DNA of 64,000 bases from a bacterium (GCA_044869275.1 JBIOXB010000213.1:1-64000); one strand, 5' to 3'. Shown: positions 36,225-47,345, counted from the first letter of the stretch. The notes: a model not told the origin generated them from the sequence alone. A program made the numbers and translations.

Positions 36225-38399
36225 TCAATCCTCGTTCAAGAAATCATAGTGCCGGATTCCGTCGATGACGCCGGCGGCGTGGCGTTGCGGCGAAAAATAA
36301 ACGCGCTTCAAGCCGCGCAGTTTTTTCAGCTCGGGCTGGTAGTTGCCCACGACCACGCCAGAAATTTCGCCGCGCAGCATTTCTTCGTCATTGCCCGAAT
36401 CACCGGCTACCAACACTCGCTCCAGCGGAATGCTCCATTTGTAGCACAAATAGCGCACCGCCTTGCCCTTGGAAGCGCGGAAGGGCAGCACGTCCAGAAA
36501 CTTTTTGCCGGAATAAATCAAATTCGCGCGCAGGCGATGCCGCACGATGATCTCGTGAATTTTGGCGAGATGCTCCGGCGAATCTTCCATGAAATAACTC
36601 AGCTTGAACTCGCGCTGCACCGCGGGCTCCTGCGGCTGCAGAAAGGGGAGGGTCGCGAGCAATTGCTGAATTTTTTCGCGATGCCAATGGCGGGAAATGT
36701 GCGTGCGCCAGCCTTGATCGAGCATCCAATCGCGCGCATAGTAAATCTCCGCCCCCACCGCGGCGATGATGAAATCGAGCCCGCCGACGCCATGCTTGGT
36801 GAGCACGGCCGAGGCCGATTGCAGCGACCGGCCGGTGGCCACGCCGAAGCTGAAATCGCGGCGATGCTGCTTGATGAAAGCGACGAGCCGGGCGAGCGCG
36901 GCATCGTCGCCCAATAAAGTGTCGTCGATGTCGGACACCAACAAGCGCGTCATTTTGCTCAAGCGCTTGCCGATCACGGGAACACCGCCGGCGTCGGGTG
37001 GCGACGGGCTTGGAGCTGGCAAAAGCTTGTGCGTTTCAGCGAGATATTGTGCGCAATGCGACTCCCAGGAATAGTGCGTACGCACGCATTGAATGCCGTT
37101 GAGGGAGAATTGCTTCCACAGCTCACGATCCACCAAGATCTTCTTGATGGCCGCACCCAATTCTTCGGGACGATTCACGTCCACCACAAAGCCGTTGTTG
37201 CAGTTTCGTATCACTTCGCGCGGGCCGCCGTCGTTCGTGGCCACGAGGGGCAGGCCGCACGCGGTCGCTTCAATCAAAGTCAGGCCGAAGGGCTCGGTAA
37301 ACGCGGGATTCACGAACACGCCCTGCGTGCGCGCCGCGAGGCGATACAGCTCAGGCACCTCGAACTCCGAGTCATGGCGTTTGGGGATGGCAAGCTTGCC
37401 ATAAAGATCGAATTTGTCCATCAAGAGCAGCAACTCGGTGAGCACCTCGCGCTCGTTGTCGTCCATTGTGGCAATGTCTTTGCGTATGCCGGCGAAGATG
37501 GCGAGATTGGCGATGGCTTGCAGCTCTTTGTCCTGGCCATACGCCAGAATCAATGCCGGAATGTTCTTCTTGCGCACTGGCCGTGACAAGGCCAGAATCA
37601 GCGGCTTGTCGGGATTGCTGAGAAAACGCTCCAGTTCCTTGCGCACGAAGAAATGGGCGTGCTTTTCGCGCTCACTTTTTTCCATGCCGCCCACGACGGT
37701 TTCATAATACGGGTACAAGCGCTGGTTGTCGAAGCCCGGCGCGATCACGCTAAAATGTGCAGACCTCGCCGCTTCGTACAGACCGTATTGCCCGTCGATT
37801 TCCTGCCGGCTGCTGGTGACGATCAGGTCCGCATGCTGGATGATTTTTTCTTCCGTCGCAATGCGATGATCGAGGCGGTATTTTTTGTTCATTTCCCCCT
37901 CGGATAAGCCGCGTTCGATCAGCGCCAGCTTTTTGTTGCGGCCCAACGAATGCGCGGTGAAGATGAAGGGCACATCCAGCAAGTTGGACAATTCCAAAGC
38001 CACCTCGCCCGCGTCGGCGTAATGACCGTGGATCACATCGGGAAAGCCGCTCTCCTGTTTGATGAATTGCAGCATCTTATCGACAAATTCGTCGAGGTGC
38101 GGCCACAGCAATTCTTTGCGAATGTAGCGACTGCCGCCGCATTGGATGCGTACGATCCGCACATTTTCACTCAACGGCTCGAGCGGCCGGCCGTAATCTG
38201 GCGAAAGTGTTTTGTCGCGCAGCAAGCGCGTGAATAGATCCACTTTCGCCACGCCCGGCTGTTTGCCCAGCGCCTTGGCCAGCTCAAGCACGTATTTCAC
38301 CTGCCCGCCGGTGTCGGCATTGCGGCCCATTTCCAAATTCTGTCCGCGCACCAGGCCGTGAATGCTGAAGAGTTGGAGGTAAGCTCCCTTCTGTGCCAC
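36225..38399 (-). CDS. Sucrose-phosphate synthase (GT4) with C-terminal HAD-IIB phosphatase domain
   Basis: SIHGLVRG..LEMGR.ADTGGQVKYVLELA; HGHYADAG; EPFGLTLIEA; HAD motifs SDIDDTL and GDSGND; GTG 38399 with GAGG RBS. Confidence 0.93.
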   Translation of the reverse strand: MAQKGAYLQLFSIHGLVRGQNLEMGRNADTGGQVKYVLELAKALGKQPGVAKVDLFTRLLRDKTLSPDYGRPLEPLSENVRIVRIQCGGSRYIRKELLWPHLDEFVDKMLQFIKQESGFPDVIHGHYADAGEVALELSNLLDVPFIFTAHSLGRNKKLALIERGLSEGEMNKKYRLDHRIATEEKIIQHADLIVTSSRQEIDGQYGLYEAARSAHFSVIAPGFDNQRLYPYYETVVGGMEKSEREKHAHFFVRKELERFLSNPDKPLILALSRPVRKKNIPALILAYGQDKELQAIANLAIFAGIRKDIATMDDNEREVLTELLLLMDKFDLYGKLAIPKRHDSEFEVPELYRLAARTQGVFVNPAFTEPFGLTLIEATACGLPLVATNDGGPREVIRNCNNGFVVDVNRPEELGAAIKKILVDRELWKQFSLNGIQCVRTHYSWESHCAQYLAETHKLLPAPSPSPPDAGGVPVIGKRLSKMTRLLVSDIDDTLLGDDAALARLVAFIKQHRRDFSFGVATGRSLQSASAVLTKHGVGGLDFIIAAVGAEIYYARDWMLDQGWRTHISRHWHREKIQQLLATLPFLQPQEPAVQREFKLSYFMEDSPEHLAKIHEIIVRHRLRANLIYSGKKFLDVLPFRASKGKAVRYLCYKWSIPLERVLVAGDSGNDEEMLRGEISGVVVGNYQPELKKLRGLKRVYFSPQRHAAGVIDGIRHYDFLNED

Positions 38400-38486
38400 G
38401 AGGTTGTTCCTCTGCCTGTTTATCTTGTACCCTTGCCACAACAAGCCTCATTTGCATGAAGCCCACCTCGTCATGTCATTCCATGG

Positions 38487-38614
38487 GAATCAGGCTGCGT
38501 AAAAAACGCTTGGTTTCAGCGCAGGCGAAGCTTGTCCAAGCCTGATTTTTAAACTTAGCGGCCTTCGACAGCACTCAAGTTGAGGCCTTCCCAAGTTTTC
38601 ACACAGGCTGAATC
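38487..38614. mobile_element. MITE-like element, copy 3 (diverged)
   Basis: GAATCAGGCTGCGTAAAAAACGCTTGGTTTC...TTCCCAAGTTTTCACACAGGCTGAATC aligns end to end with 15064-15189. Confidence 0.65.
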
Positions 38615-39137
38615 TTTCCAAGAGCCCGGCAAGGCCCCAGGACTGAGATTCATTCCTGCTGAATGGCGTCTGCAACAAGGAAACCGTGATGATTCTGCAA
38701 AAAATTATGCCGCGCCGGCAATACCACGAGAAAGTCGGTAGCGCAATCTGAGATGAGTCTTATTGATGGCGACTTGGGAGTGGCCAGCACTCACAACGAA
38801 GATACCCGAAGCACGTTCGGGCAGCAGGGTACTATGTAAAGCGGTCGTGATGGACGTCTGAAAACTATATGGGCATATGAGTGGAAAATGTCAACAAAAA
38901 TTTTGCTGAAACGTGAAAAGATGTCTATATTCCCTCGGCGAAGTCAGGCTTGCGCACCACGATTTTTGCAAAGCCGAAGCTTCTCAAGCGCAAGTCTGAC
39001 TCCACTTTCCGGACTTTTGGTAAATGGCTGTAAGGCCGCCGCAAGTATTTCGACAAACAATTACGACCGCGAAAATTTTTAATTGTCAATTAGTAATTGA
39101 TAATTGCCAATTGTCAACTTTTGGGAAGATTGAGAAT

Positions 39138-39770
39138 ATGGCCGATTGGAACCCCTTCAAACGCGTCGAGCTGCTCAAAGCCGCCAAGCCCAAACGCCAG
39201 CGCGATGATGATCCGCTCAACCGCGTGCCGCCGGGGCAATATACCACCACGAAGTTTCCGGTGTTGACTTACGGCGACACGCCAAAGATCTCGCTAAAAG
39301 ATTGGAGAATGAAAGTATGGGGCTTGGTGGAGAATCCCATTGAGCTAAATTGGGAACAAATACAGGCGCTGCCGCGCAAGGAGATCAATTGCGATTTGCA
39401 CTGCGTCACGCGCTGGAGCCAGCTCGACATGAAATGGGAAGGCGTGCCTTTCAGTGAGATTGCCAAACTCGTGCAGCCTCAACCCGAGGCGCGTTTTGTG
39501 ATGCAGCATTGCTACGGCGGCTACACCACGAATTTGCCAATTGAAGAAATGTATGACGACGACGCGCTGCTCGCGTTCAACTATGACGGCAAACCCTTGC
39601 CCCCCGAGCACGGCGGCCCGCTGCGCATGCTGGTGCCGAAATTATATTTGTGGAAAAGCGCGAAGTGGCTGAATGGTTTGGAATTCATGGCGCGCGACCG
39701 CCGCGGTTTTTGGGAGAATTACGGCTACCACAACCACGGCGATCCGTGGACCGAAGAACGCTTTGGTTGA
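39138..39770 (+). CDS. Sulfite-oxidase-like molybdopterin oxidoreductase (YuiH-like)
   Basis: RVPPGQ....[45 protein letters not shown]. Confidence 0.9.
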   Translation: MADWNPFKRVELLKAAKPKRQRDDDPLNRVPPGQYTTTKFPVLTYGDTPKISLKDWRMKVWGLVENPIELNWEQIQALPRKEINCDLHCVTRWSQLDMKWEGVPFSEIAKLVQPQPEARFVMQHCYGGYTTNLPIEEMYDDDALLAFNYDGKPLPPEHGGPLRMLVPKLYLWKSAKWLNGLEFMARDRRGFWENYGYHNHGDPWTEERFG

Positions 39771-39858
39771 GACAATAATTCCATTGCAATCCAACTTGAA
39801 TTATTTTATTTTAGCCCTCATTCTTCGCGCCCAAGTTGAGTTTTGCAAAGGAATCCCC

Positions 39859-41880
39859 ATGAGCAAGATCGCCTCCCTCGAGCAATTATGCATCAATACC
39901 ATCCGCACCCTGGCGATGGACGCCGTGCAAGCTGCAAATTCCGGCCATCCCGGCACGCCCATGGCATTGGCCCCAGTGGCTTTCGTGCTGTGGGACCGTT
40001 TCATGCATCATAATCCCACGAATCCCGAATGGCCGAATCGCGATCGCTTCGTCCTTTCCGCGGGCCACGCTTCGATGCTGCTGTATGGCATCCTCCATAT
40101 CAACGGCTATGATCTTTCCCTGGACGACATCAAGAGCTTTCGGCAATTGCACAGCAAAACCCCTGGCCATCCCGAATTTGGACTGACACGAGGCGTGGAA
40201 ACGACGACCGGGCCGCTGGGCCAAGGCTGCGCCAATAGCGTCGGCATGGCGATGGCGGAGAAATGGCTGGCTGCACATTTCAATCAGCCCGGGCATGAGA
40301 TTTTCGACTACCATGTCTTCACCATCGCCGGCGACGGCGACATGATGGAAGGGCTTTCCAGCGAAGCGGCTTCACTGGCGGGCCACTTGGGCTTGGACAA
40401 TCTCATCTGGATTTACGACAACAATCGCATTACGATCGAAGGCAGCACCGCGCTCGCTTTTTCGGAAGATGTAGGCGCGCGCTTTCTGGCCTACAACTGG
40501 CACGTGCAGCGTGTCAGTGACGCCAATGATACCGACCGGCTCGAGCGCGCCATCCAAATTGCGCGTGACGAAGCGCAGCAGCCCTCATTGATCATCGTTG
40601 ACAGCCACATTGCTTATGGCGCACCGAACAAGCAAGATACCCACAGTGCACACGGTGAACCTCTCGGCGAAGATGAAATTCGCGCTGCTAAAAAGTATTA
40701 CGGCTGGGATCCGGATAAAAAGTTTTTCGTACCCGAGGAAGTCAAGGCCTATCGCGAAGAAGTTTTGGCCAAAAGCAGTAGACGGGAGGCCGAATGGCAG
40801 AAGAAATTTACCGCCTACGCCCGCGCCCATCCGCAGTTGGCGCAGGAATGGCGGCTGATGGAAAAACGCGAATTGCCGGCGGGCTGGGAAAGCCATCTGC
40901 CCACTTTTGCGGCAGATGCCAAGGGCCTCGCCAGCCGTGAGTCCAACAGCAAAGTTTTGAATGCGATCGCGGAACACGTGCCGTGGTTCCTGGGCGGGTC
41001 CGCGGATTTGGCGCCTTCTACCAAAACCTTGATCAAGAACGCCGAGAGCTTTCAGAAAGGTCATTACCACGGCCGCAATTTTCATTTCGGCATTCGTGAG
41101 CACGCCATGGCGGCGATTCTCAATGGGATGTCCCTGAGCAAGCTGCGTCCCTATGGCGCAACGTTTCTCGTCTTTTTAGATTATCTGCGCCCGGCGTTGC
41201 GCCTGTCTGCGCTGATGGAGCAGCCGGCGATTTACATTTTCACGCATGACAGCATCGGCGTGGGTGAAGACGGGCCCACGCATCAACCCATCGAACACAT
41301 CGCTTCGCTGCGTGCGATTCCGCATGTCGACGTCATTCGCCCGGCAGACGCCAATGAAGTCGCCGTCATGTGGAAACACATTATGCAGCTCCAAGACCGC
41401 CCGGTGGTACTGGTGCTCACGCGGCAAGCCATTCCCACTTTCGACCGTACGAAATACGCCTCCGCCGAAGGCGCGTTGCGCGGCGCATATATTCTCGCGG
41501 ATGCGCCGGGAACGCTTGACGTTCTGCTCATGGGCACTGGCTCGGAAGTGCAATTGTGCCTGGGGGCATACGAAGAATTGCGCAAAGAAGGCATCAACGC
41601 GCGCGTGATCAGCATGCCGTGCTGGGAATTGTTCGAACGCCAGGATCCCTCGTATTGGGAAGCCGTCATGCCGCGCGCGGTACGAGCGCGCGTCGCCGTA
41701 GAAGCGGGCTCCACTTTCGGCTGGCGGCGCTACACCGGCAGCCACGATGAGGGCGGCATCGTCGGCCTGCGCGACTTTGGCGCTTCCGCGCCGATCAAAG
41801 CCTTGCTGGCGGAATTCGGATTGACGGTGGCGGGTGTGGTGAAAGAGGTGAAGGAGACGATGGCGAGAGTTAAGAGATAG
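39859..41880 (+). CDS. tkt: Transketolase
   Basis: [47 protein letters not shown]. Confidence 0.97.
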   Translation: MSKIASLEQLCINTIRTLAMDAVQAANSGHPGTPMALAPVAFVLWDRFMHHNPTNPEWPNRDRFVLSAGHASMLLYGILHINGYDLSLDDIKSFRQLHSKTPGHPEFGLTRGVETTTGPLGQGCANSVGMAMAEKWLAAHFNQPGHEIFDYHVFTIAGDGDMMEGLSSEAASLAGHLGLDNLIWIYDNNRITIEGSTALAFSEDVGARFLAYNWHVQRVSDANDTDRLERAIQIARDEAQQPSLIIVDSHIAYGAPNKQDTHSAHGEPLGEDEIRAAKKYYGWDPDKKFFVPEEVKAYREEVLAKSSRREAEWQKKFTAYARAHPQLAQEWRLMEKRELPAGWESHLPTFAADAKGLASRESNSKVLNAIAEHVPWFLGGSADLAPSTKTLIKNAESFQKGHYHGRNFHFGIREHAMAAILNGMSLSKLRPYGATFLVFLDYLRPALRLSALMEQPAIYIFTHDSIGVGEDGPTHQPIEHIASLRAIPHVDVIRPADANEVAVMWKHIMQLQDRPVVLVLTRQAIPTFDRTKYASAEGALRGAYILADAPGTLDVLLMGTGSEVQLCLGAYEELRKEGINARVISMPCWELFERQDPSYWEAVMPRAVRARVAVEAGSTFGWRRYTGSHDEGGIVGLRDFGASAPIKALLAEFGLTVAGVVKEVKETMARVKR

Positions 41881-41932
41881 TTCAGCCTCTGGACACTGGA
41901 TACTGGATACTGTACACTGGATACTGGCCACA

Positions 41933-43660
41933 ATGTCTCCTCAAAAAAGCTACCATGCCTCCCTCGGCGCATATCAATCGTCAGTTGAGAGGGCCTTGAA
42001 AGATCTGCGCGATCAAAATCTCATCCCACGCATTTGGCGGCAGGATTACACCGTTTGGAAACCCGATCCCACGGAGATCGCCAACCGCCTGGGCTGGCTG
42101 CAGAGCCCGGAAGTGATGACGGGCAATATTCCCGAGATCAAAGCCTGTGTCGAAACCTTGCGGGCGGAAGGATTCACTCAGGCGCTGCTGCTGGGCATGG
42201 GTGGCTCCAGCCTGGCGCCGGAGGTTTTTCGATTCACGTTCGGCGTACAGCCCGGCTATCTTGATCTCGCCGTATTGGACAGCACGCATCCCAGCGCGGT
42301 GTTGTCCCACGCGCGGCGGCTCGATCTCAAAAAAACGATATTCATCGTTTCCACGAAATCCGGCGGAACGGTGGAGACTTTTTCCTTTTTCAAATACTTC
42401 TACAACCTCGTGCTCAAAGCCGTGGGCAGGGAGAAAACGGGCGAGCATTTCATCGCCATCACCGATCCCGGCAGCGGCCTGGCGGATACGGCTTATGAGT
42501 ATAATTTTCGCAAGACCTTTCTGAACGACCCCAATATCGGCGGGCGTTATTCAGCATTGTCTTATTTCGGACTGTTTTCGGCTGCCCTGCTCGGAATGGA
42601 TTTGAATCTCTTGCTTGCGCGCGCCCGCGCTACGGCGCAAAACTGTAAAAGCGAAAATTTCGCGCCAGCGGGAGACAACGCCAGCGCAGTGCTGGGTGCA
42701 ATTATGGGGGAACTGGCGTTCGCCGGCCGCGATAAGCTTACGCTGTTCGCTTCGCCCGGCCTCGCTTCGTTCCGCGCGTGGGCCGAGCAATTGATTGCCG
42801 AAAGCACGGGCAAAGAGGGCCGGGGCATCTTGCCGGTGGCCAATGAGGACGAGCCCGGCACACCTGCCTTTTATGCGCAGGATCGACTGTTCGCATATTT
42901 GCGCCTGGCGGGTGATACGACCTACGACGCCAAAATGAAAGTGCTGGCCGATGCCGGTTTTCCTGTCGTGCAATTTGATTTGCAGGATCGGTACGATCTC
43001 GGCGGCGAATTCTTCCGCTGGGAAATGGCGACCGTGATTGCGGGACAGCGGCTGGGCATCAATCCTTTCGATCAGCCCAATGTCGAATCCGCCAAAGTGC
43101 TGGCGCGCAAAATGGTGGCGGAATTCCAAGAAAAGGGCAAACTGCCGGAATTGACCGCTATGGTGCATGAAAACGGCATCTCAGCGTTTGCGCAAGTGCC
43201 GGCACGATCTCTGGCAGAAGCGTTGCAGAATTTCCTGGCACAAGCACAAGGCCGCGATCATTCGCGTGTGCCACGCAGTTACGTGGCATTGCAAGCCTAC
43301 CTTGCGCCAGACGCTGCAACCGATGAAGCGCTCAAGGCTCTGGCCAATGCCATACGCGATCGCCACCGTCTGGCCACGACGATCGGCTACGGCCCGCGCT
43401 TCCTGCATTCCACCGGCCAGTTGCACAAAGGCGATGCCGGCAACGGGCTGTTCATTCAGCTCACTGCCAGCATTGCGGAAGATGCCCCCATTCCGCAAAA
43501 GGCCGGAGAAGAAGCGTCGAATATGACCTTCGGCACGCTGCTGCAGGCGCAAGCATTGGGCGATCGACAAGCGTTACTGGAAAATCATCGCAAAGTTATC
43601 CGGTTCGACCTGGGGAATAATGTCTCCGCCGGCTTGCTGCGATTAGCGGAGTGGGTTTAA
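41933..43660 (+). CDS. pgi: Glucose-6-phosphate isomerase (type seen as the PGI half of Tal-Pgi fusions)
   Basis: LGMGGSSL; STKSGGTVET; IGGRYSALS; EQLIAESTGK; NPFDQPNVE; GPRFLHSTGQLHKG. Confidence 0.9.
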   Translation: MSPQKSYHASLGAYQSSVERALKDLRDQNLIPRIWRQDYTVWKPDPTEIANRLGWLQSPEVMTGNIPEIKACVETLRAEGFTQALLLGMGGSSLAPEVFRFTFGVQPGYLDLAVLDSTHPSAVLSHARRLDLKKTIFIVSTKSGGTVETFSFFKYFYNLVLKAVGREKTGEHFIAITDPGSGLADTAYEYNFRKTFLNDPNIGGRYSALSYFGLFSAALLGMDLNLLLARARATAQNCKSENFAPAGDNASAVLGAIMGELAFAGRDKLTLFASPGLASFRAWAEQLIAESTGKEGRGILPVANEDEPGTPAFYAQDRLFAYLRLAGDTTYDAKMKVLADAGFPVVQFDLQDRYDLGGEFFRWEMATVIAGQRLGINPFDQPNVESAKVLARKMVAEFQEKGKLPELTAMVHENGISAFAQVPARSLAEALQNFLAQAQGRDHSRVPRSYVALQAYLAPDAATDEALKALANAIRDRHRLATTIGYGPRFLHSTGQLHKGDAGNGLFIQLTASIAEDAPIPQKAGEEASNMTFGTLLQAQALGDRQALLENHRKVIRFDLGNNVSAGLLRLAEWV

Positions 43661-43669
43661 GGCCAGCAA

Positions 43670-43790
43670 GTTGGATGAATGGATAAATGGATTGTTGGAT
43701 TGATGGATGGTTGGATTGATGGATGACTGGATTTTCCAACAATCCACCAATCCAACAATCCACCAATCCAATAATCCATCAATCCAATAG
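43670..43790. repeat. Inverted array of octamer repeats (TGGATT.. / AATCCA..)
   Basis: About seven TGGAT-based units followed by about seven AATCCA-based units, able to form a long hairpin. Confidence 0.85.
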
Positions 43791-43826
43791 TTCAAGGCTC
43801 TAACCTTCGCACTCAGAATAAGAGAC

Positions 43827-44033
43827 ATGCATCAACCTATTTCAGTTCAGGGCATCGATCACGTTGAGCTTTTTGTGCCTGATCGCTATGCCGCGGCTAA
43901 GTGGTATGAGGAAGTTCTGGGGCTGCGCCTTATGCCCGCGTTCGAAGAATGGGCAAGCGATCCCTACGGCCATCGCTTGGAAGTGACGACCTATAACTAC
44001 GAATATGTCGCCCAGCGACTCGCGGAGAAATAG
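43827..44033 (+). pseudogene. VOC/glyoxalase family gene with apparent internal deletion
   Basis: IDHVELFVPD...A.KWYEEVLGL is joined directly to SDPYGHRLEVTT; only 68 aa. Confidence 0.65.
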
Positions 44034-44046
44034 AATAATCGAAAAC

Positions 44047-44161
44047 TGGATTGATGGATTAAGGAAGACCATCAATCCAGTAATCCAACAATCCAACAAT
44101 CCAGTAATCCAGTAATCCAGTAATCCAGTAATCCAGTAATCCAGTAATCCAGTAATCCAGT
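44047..44161. repeat. Octamer tandem repeat (AATCCAGT)n
   Basis: About 11 units of AATCCAGT/AATCCAAC immediately upstream of rpe. Confidence 0.9.
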
Positions 44162-44183
44162 ACTTTACTTTTTGCACCATCCC

Positions 44184-44849
44184 ATGAACATTATCATCGT
44201 GCCTTCGATACTCTCTGCTGATTTCGCGCGCTTTGGCGAGCAGGTGCGTGAAGCTGAAGCCGCCGGCGCCCAGGCCGTTGAAATCGATGTCATGGATGGG
44301 CGTTTCGTTCCGAATATCACATTCGGACAGGGATTGGTGCGCGCTTTGCGGCCACTCACGAACATGAAGCTGTACGTGCATCTCATGATCGTTGAGCCGG
44401 AAAAATACCTCGCCGAATTCGCCGCGGCCGGCGCTGACCGGCTGACGGTGCATCAGGAAGCGTGTCTGCATTTGCATCGTACGCTGCAAGGTATTCGCGA
44501 TCTCAAAACCGAGGCGGGCGTAGCCCTAAACCCGGCCACGCCCATCAGCATGATCGAGAGCGTTCTCGATTTGGCCGAGGTTGTACAAATTATGACGGTG
44601 AACCCCGGTTTCGGCGGGCAGGCTTTTTTGCACAGCCAGTTGCAAAAGATCGAGAGCTTGCATCAGCTGATCGCCGCGCGCGGCTTGCCTATTCGCATCG
44701 CCGTCGACGGCGGTATTGATGTGCAGACTGCCCCTCAAGTCGTTGCCGCCGGCGCAACCATCTTGGTGGCAGGCTCGAGTATTTATCACCAGAGAGCTAC
44801 GGTGAAAGACAGCTTTCATACTTTGCAGCAGGCGGTATATCAAAAATGA
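44184..44849 (+). CDS. rpe: Ribulose-phosphate 3-epimerase
   Basis: PSILSADF; DVMDG.FVPNITFG; HLMI; MTVNPGFGGQ; VDGGI. Confidence 0.96.
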   Translation: MNIIIVPSILSADFARFGEQVREAEAAGAQAVEIDVMDGRFVPNITFGQGLVRALRPLTNMKLYVHLMIVEPEKYLAEFAAAGADRLTVHQEACLHLHRTLQGIRDLKTEAGVALNPATPISMIESVLDLAEVVQIMTVNPGFGGQAFLHSQLQKIESLHQLIAARGLPIRIAVDGGIDVQTAPQVVAAGATILVAGSSIYHQRATVKDSFHTLQQAVYQK

Positions 44850-44940
44850 TGTACCAGCTTTTGCAGTTGCCTCCGTTTCTGCCCTAAATTTGTTTTCGCA
44901 ATTTGTGTTGGACCAATAAGCCGCTCAGGAGATTTTCTGC

Positions 44941-46422
44941 GTGAAAAACACTACCATCGTCATTTTCGGCGCTTCCGGGGACCTCACCGCCCGCAAACTG
45001 ATTCCAGCGCTTTACAATAATTTCAGAAAGGGCCGCTTGCCCGCGAACACGCGCATCATCGGCATGGCGCGCAGCAAATTCACCGCCGAAGAGTTTCGTG
45101 AAAAAATGCGCGAAGCGGTGCAGGTCTTTGCGCCGCGCGAATTTCAGACGGACAAATGGCAGCAGTTTGCGCCCTCGTTGTTTTACCAGCCCGGTGACAT
45201 GACCAAGTCTGAAGCCTATCCTCCGCTTGAAAGTCGCATACGGACCCTGGCCCCAGACGGCGGCAATCGTCTGTATTATTTGTCCACGGCGCCGGAGTTT
45301 TATCCCATCGCCGCAACTTTGCTCAGCGAGCACGGCATGTCGCAGGAAGCCGAAAACGACGGTTTTCGCCGCATTATCATTGAAAAACCCTTCGGCCAGG
45401 ACCTCGCCTCCGCCATGGAATTGAATCACATAGTGCATCACGCTTTCAAAGAGTCGCAAGTCTACCGCATCGATCACTACCTCGGCAAGGAGACGGTGCA
45501 AAATATTTTGGTATTCCGCTTTGCCAATGCGATTTACGAGCCGCTCTGGAACCGCAATTATATCGATCACATGCAAATCACGGTTTCCGAAACCGTGGGC
45601 GTGGGCCATCGCGCGGGCTACTATGATAAAGCCGGTGTGCTGCGCGACATGTTTCAGAATCACCTGCTGCAATTGCTCACCCTGGTGGCGATGGAACCGC
45701 CGCACCGCTATGAAGCGGACACGCTGCGCAACAAGAAAGTCGAGGTCCTGAGCGCCTTGCGTCAAATCTCCCCCAAGGAAGTGGCGGAATACACCGTGCG
45801 TGCGCAATACGAGGGCTACCAGCACGAACCCGGCGTCGAACAGTTTTCCACCACGCCGACTTACGCGGCGCTGAAATTGTTCGTCGACAATTGGCGCTGG
45901 CAGGGTGTGCCGTTCTATCTGCGCTCGGGCAAGTATCTTGCCGAAAAAACCTCGGAAGTCACGATTCATTTCCGGCAGCCGCCGCAGCAACTTTTTCATT
46001 TCAGCTCGAATCAAACCGCACAGACCACCAACCGGTTGAGCATTTGCGTGCAACCCGACGAGGGTTTCCATCTTATTTTTGCCGCCAAGGTACCGGACAA
46101 AGGCATGGAATTGCAGCCGGTCGATATGGATTTTCACTATAAAGAATCGTTTGGTGAAGACGCGATTCCTGAAGCCTATGAGAGATTGCTTCTGGATGCC
46201 TTGAACGGCGACGCGGCATTGTTCGCGCGCAGCGACGAAATCGAACTGGCGTGGAAATTCATCGACAGTATCCACAGCGGGTGGGAGACGAAATTCGCGC
46301 CACCCATCGCCGTGTACAAGCCCCACTCGTGGGGCCCCAAGGCCGCGGACATGTTGCTGGCACGCGATGACCGGCACTGGGTTCATGGTTGCGGCAGAGA
46401 ACATGAAGCGAAAAAGCAATAA
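44941..46422 (+). CDS. zwf: Glucose-6-phosphate 1-dehydrogenase
   Basis: GASGDL..RKL.P; EKPFG; RIDHYLGKE; RDMFQNHLLQ. Confidence 0.97.
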   Translation: MKNTTIVIFGASGDLTARKLIPALYNNFRKGRLPANTRIIGMARSKFTAEEFREKMREAVQVFAPREFQTDKWQQFAPSLFYQPGDMTKSEAYPPLESRIRTLAPDGGNRLYYLSTAPEFYPIAATLLSEHGMSQEAENDGFRRIIIEKPFGQDLASAMELNHIVHHAFKESQVYRIDHYLGKETVQNILVFRFANAIYEPLWNRNYIDHMQITVSETVGVGHRAGYYDKAGVLRDMFQNHLLQLLTLVAMEPPHRYEADTLRNKKVEVLSALRQISPKEVAEYTVRAQYEGYQHEPGVEQFSTTPTYAALKLFVDNWRWQGVPFYLRSGKYLAEKTSEVTIHFRQPPQQLFHFSSNQTAQTTNRLSICVQPDEGFHLIFAAKVPDKGMELQPVDMDFHYKESFGEDAIPEAYERLLLDALNGDAALFARSDEIELAWKFIDSIHSGWETKFAPPIAVYKPHSWGPKAADMLLARDDRHWVHGCGREHEAKKQ

Positions 46423-47203
46423 TCCGAAAGAAAGCGGAATCGCATTGTCAAACCCGAAAAAAAACGCCAAAGTCTTCCGCACCCCGCCGGGGCTGGCAAC
46501 GGGAGCGGGTGAATTCATTGCGACGGTGATGAGGCAGGCCGTTGCGGCGCATGGGACGTGCACGGTTGCGCTGGCCGGCGGCAACACGCCACGCGCGGCC
46601 TATGAGACCCTGGCCGGCGGAGATCATCGCAAAAGCATGCCTTGGCCCCAAGTGCATTTTTTCTGGGGAGATGAAAGAATGGTGCCGCCCGATCATGAGT
46701 TGAGCAATTTTCGCATGGCGCAGGAGGCGTTGTTACAGCACGTCAGCGTGCCGCCGGAGAATATTCATCGCATCAAAGGAGAACTCGCGCCGGAGAACGC
46801 CGCCCAGGACTATCGCGCAGAGCTGCAGCGTTTCTTTGAACCTCGGGCCGCGCTTTCCGCTTCGCGCTTTCCGATTTTCGATCTCATTTTGCTGGGCCTG
46901 GGCGAGGATGGCCACACCGCTTCGATCTTTCCCGGCACGCATGCGGTCTGGGAGAATTCCAGAACCGCCATCGCCGTGTTTGTGCCGCACCTGAACCAAT
47001 GGCGCGTCACCTTGACATTGCCGGTGCTCAATCAGTCGCGCCAGGTGGCATATTTGATTTCAGGCAAAGCGAAAGCGCAAATTGTTGCTGCCATCTTGAA
47101 ATCGGAGCATGATCGTGTGCCATGGCCGGCGGCGAGGGTCCGGCCGGCGCACGGAGAGCTGCACTGGCTTTTGGACGCGGAGGCGGCGAGCTTGCTGCCC
47201 TGA
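46403..47203 (+). CDS. pgl: 6-phosphogluconolactonase
   Basis: LAGGNTP; FWGDERMVP; LLGLGEDGHTAS.FP; RVTLT; start uncertain (46403 or 46445). Confidence 0.93.
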   Translation: MKRKSNNPKESGIALSNPKKNAKVFRTPPGLATGAGEFIATVMRQAVAAHGTCTVALAGGNTPRAAYETLAGGDHRKSMPWPQVHFFWGDERMVPPDHELSNFRMAQEALLQHVSVPPENIHRIKGELAPENAAQDYRAELQRFFEPRAALSASRFPIFDLILLGLGEDGHTASIFPGTHAVWENSRTAIAVFVPHLNQWRVTLTLPVLNQSRQVAYLISGKAKAQIVAAILKSEHDRVPWPAARVRPAHGELHWLLDAEAASLLP

Positions 47204-47255
47204 CGCGATCGTCTGGCGCAACGATGTCTGAATTGCCTCACGAGAAATTTTCACG

Positions 47256-47283
47256 ATCTGGCAGGTTTTAAAACCTGCCAGGT
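47256..47283. repeat. REP-like palindrome
   Basis: CTGGCAGGTTTT-AAAACCTGCCAG, perfect palindrome, intergenic. Confidence 0.6.
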
Positions 47284-47292
47284 CCAAAAAAT

Positions 47293-47329
47293 AAAACGCC
47301 CGGCCATGTTATCATGGCCGGGCGTTTTT
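47293..47329. terminator. Bidirectional intrinsic terminator
   Basis: AAAACGCCCGGCCATG-TTAT-CATGGCCGGGCGTTTTT between convergent pgl and the S8 protease. Confidence 0.85.
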
Positions 47330-47345
47330 CATTGATGAAAATCAT

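Noticed and set aside
38697..38712. Sigma-54 promoter for SPS (CGGCATAATTTTTTGC, minus strand)
   Set aside because: GG-GC spacing is 11, not 10
38620..39137. Moco or c-di-AMP riboswitch in the SPS/YuiH intergenic region
   Set aside because: Context is suggestive, but I could not find the consensus motifs; needs an Rfam scan
44047..44161. Possible CRISPR array or repeat protein (DYWITGLL repeats in ORF 43842-44489)
   Set aside because: An 8-bp tandem unit with no unique spacers and no cas genes; the peptide repeat is a translation artefact
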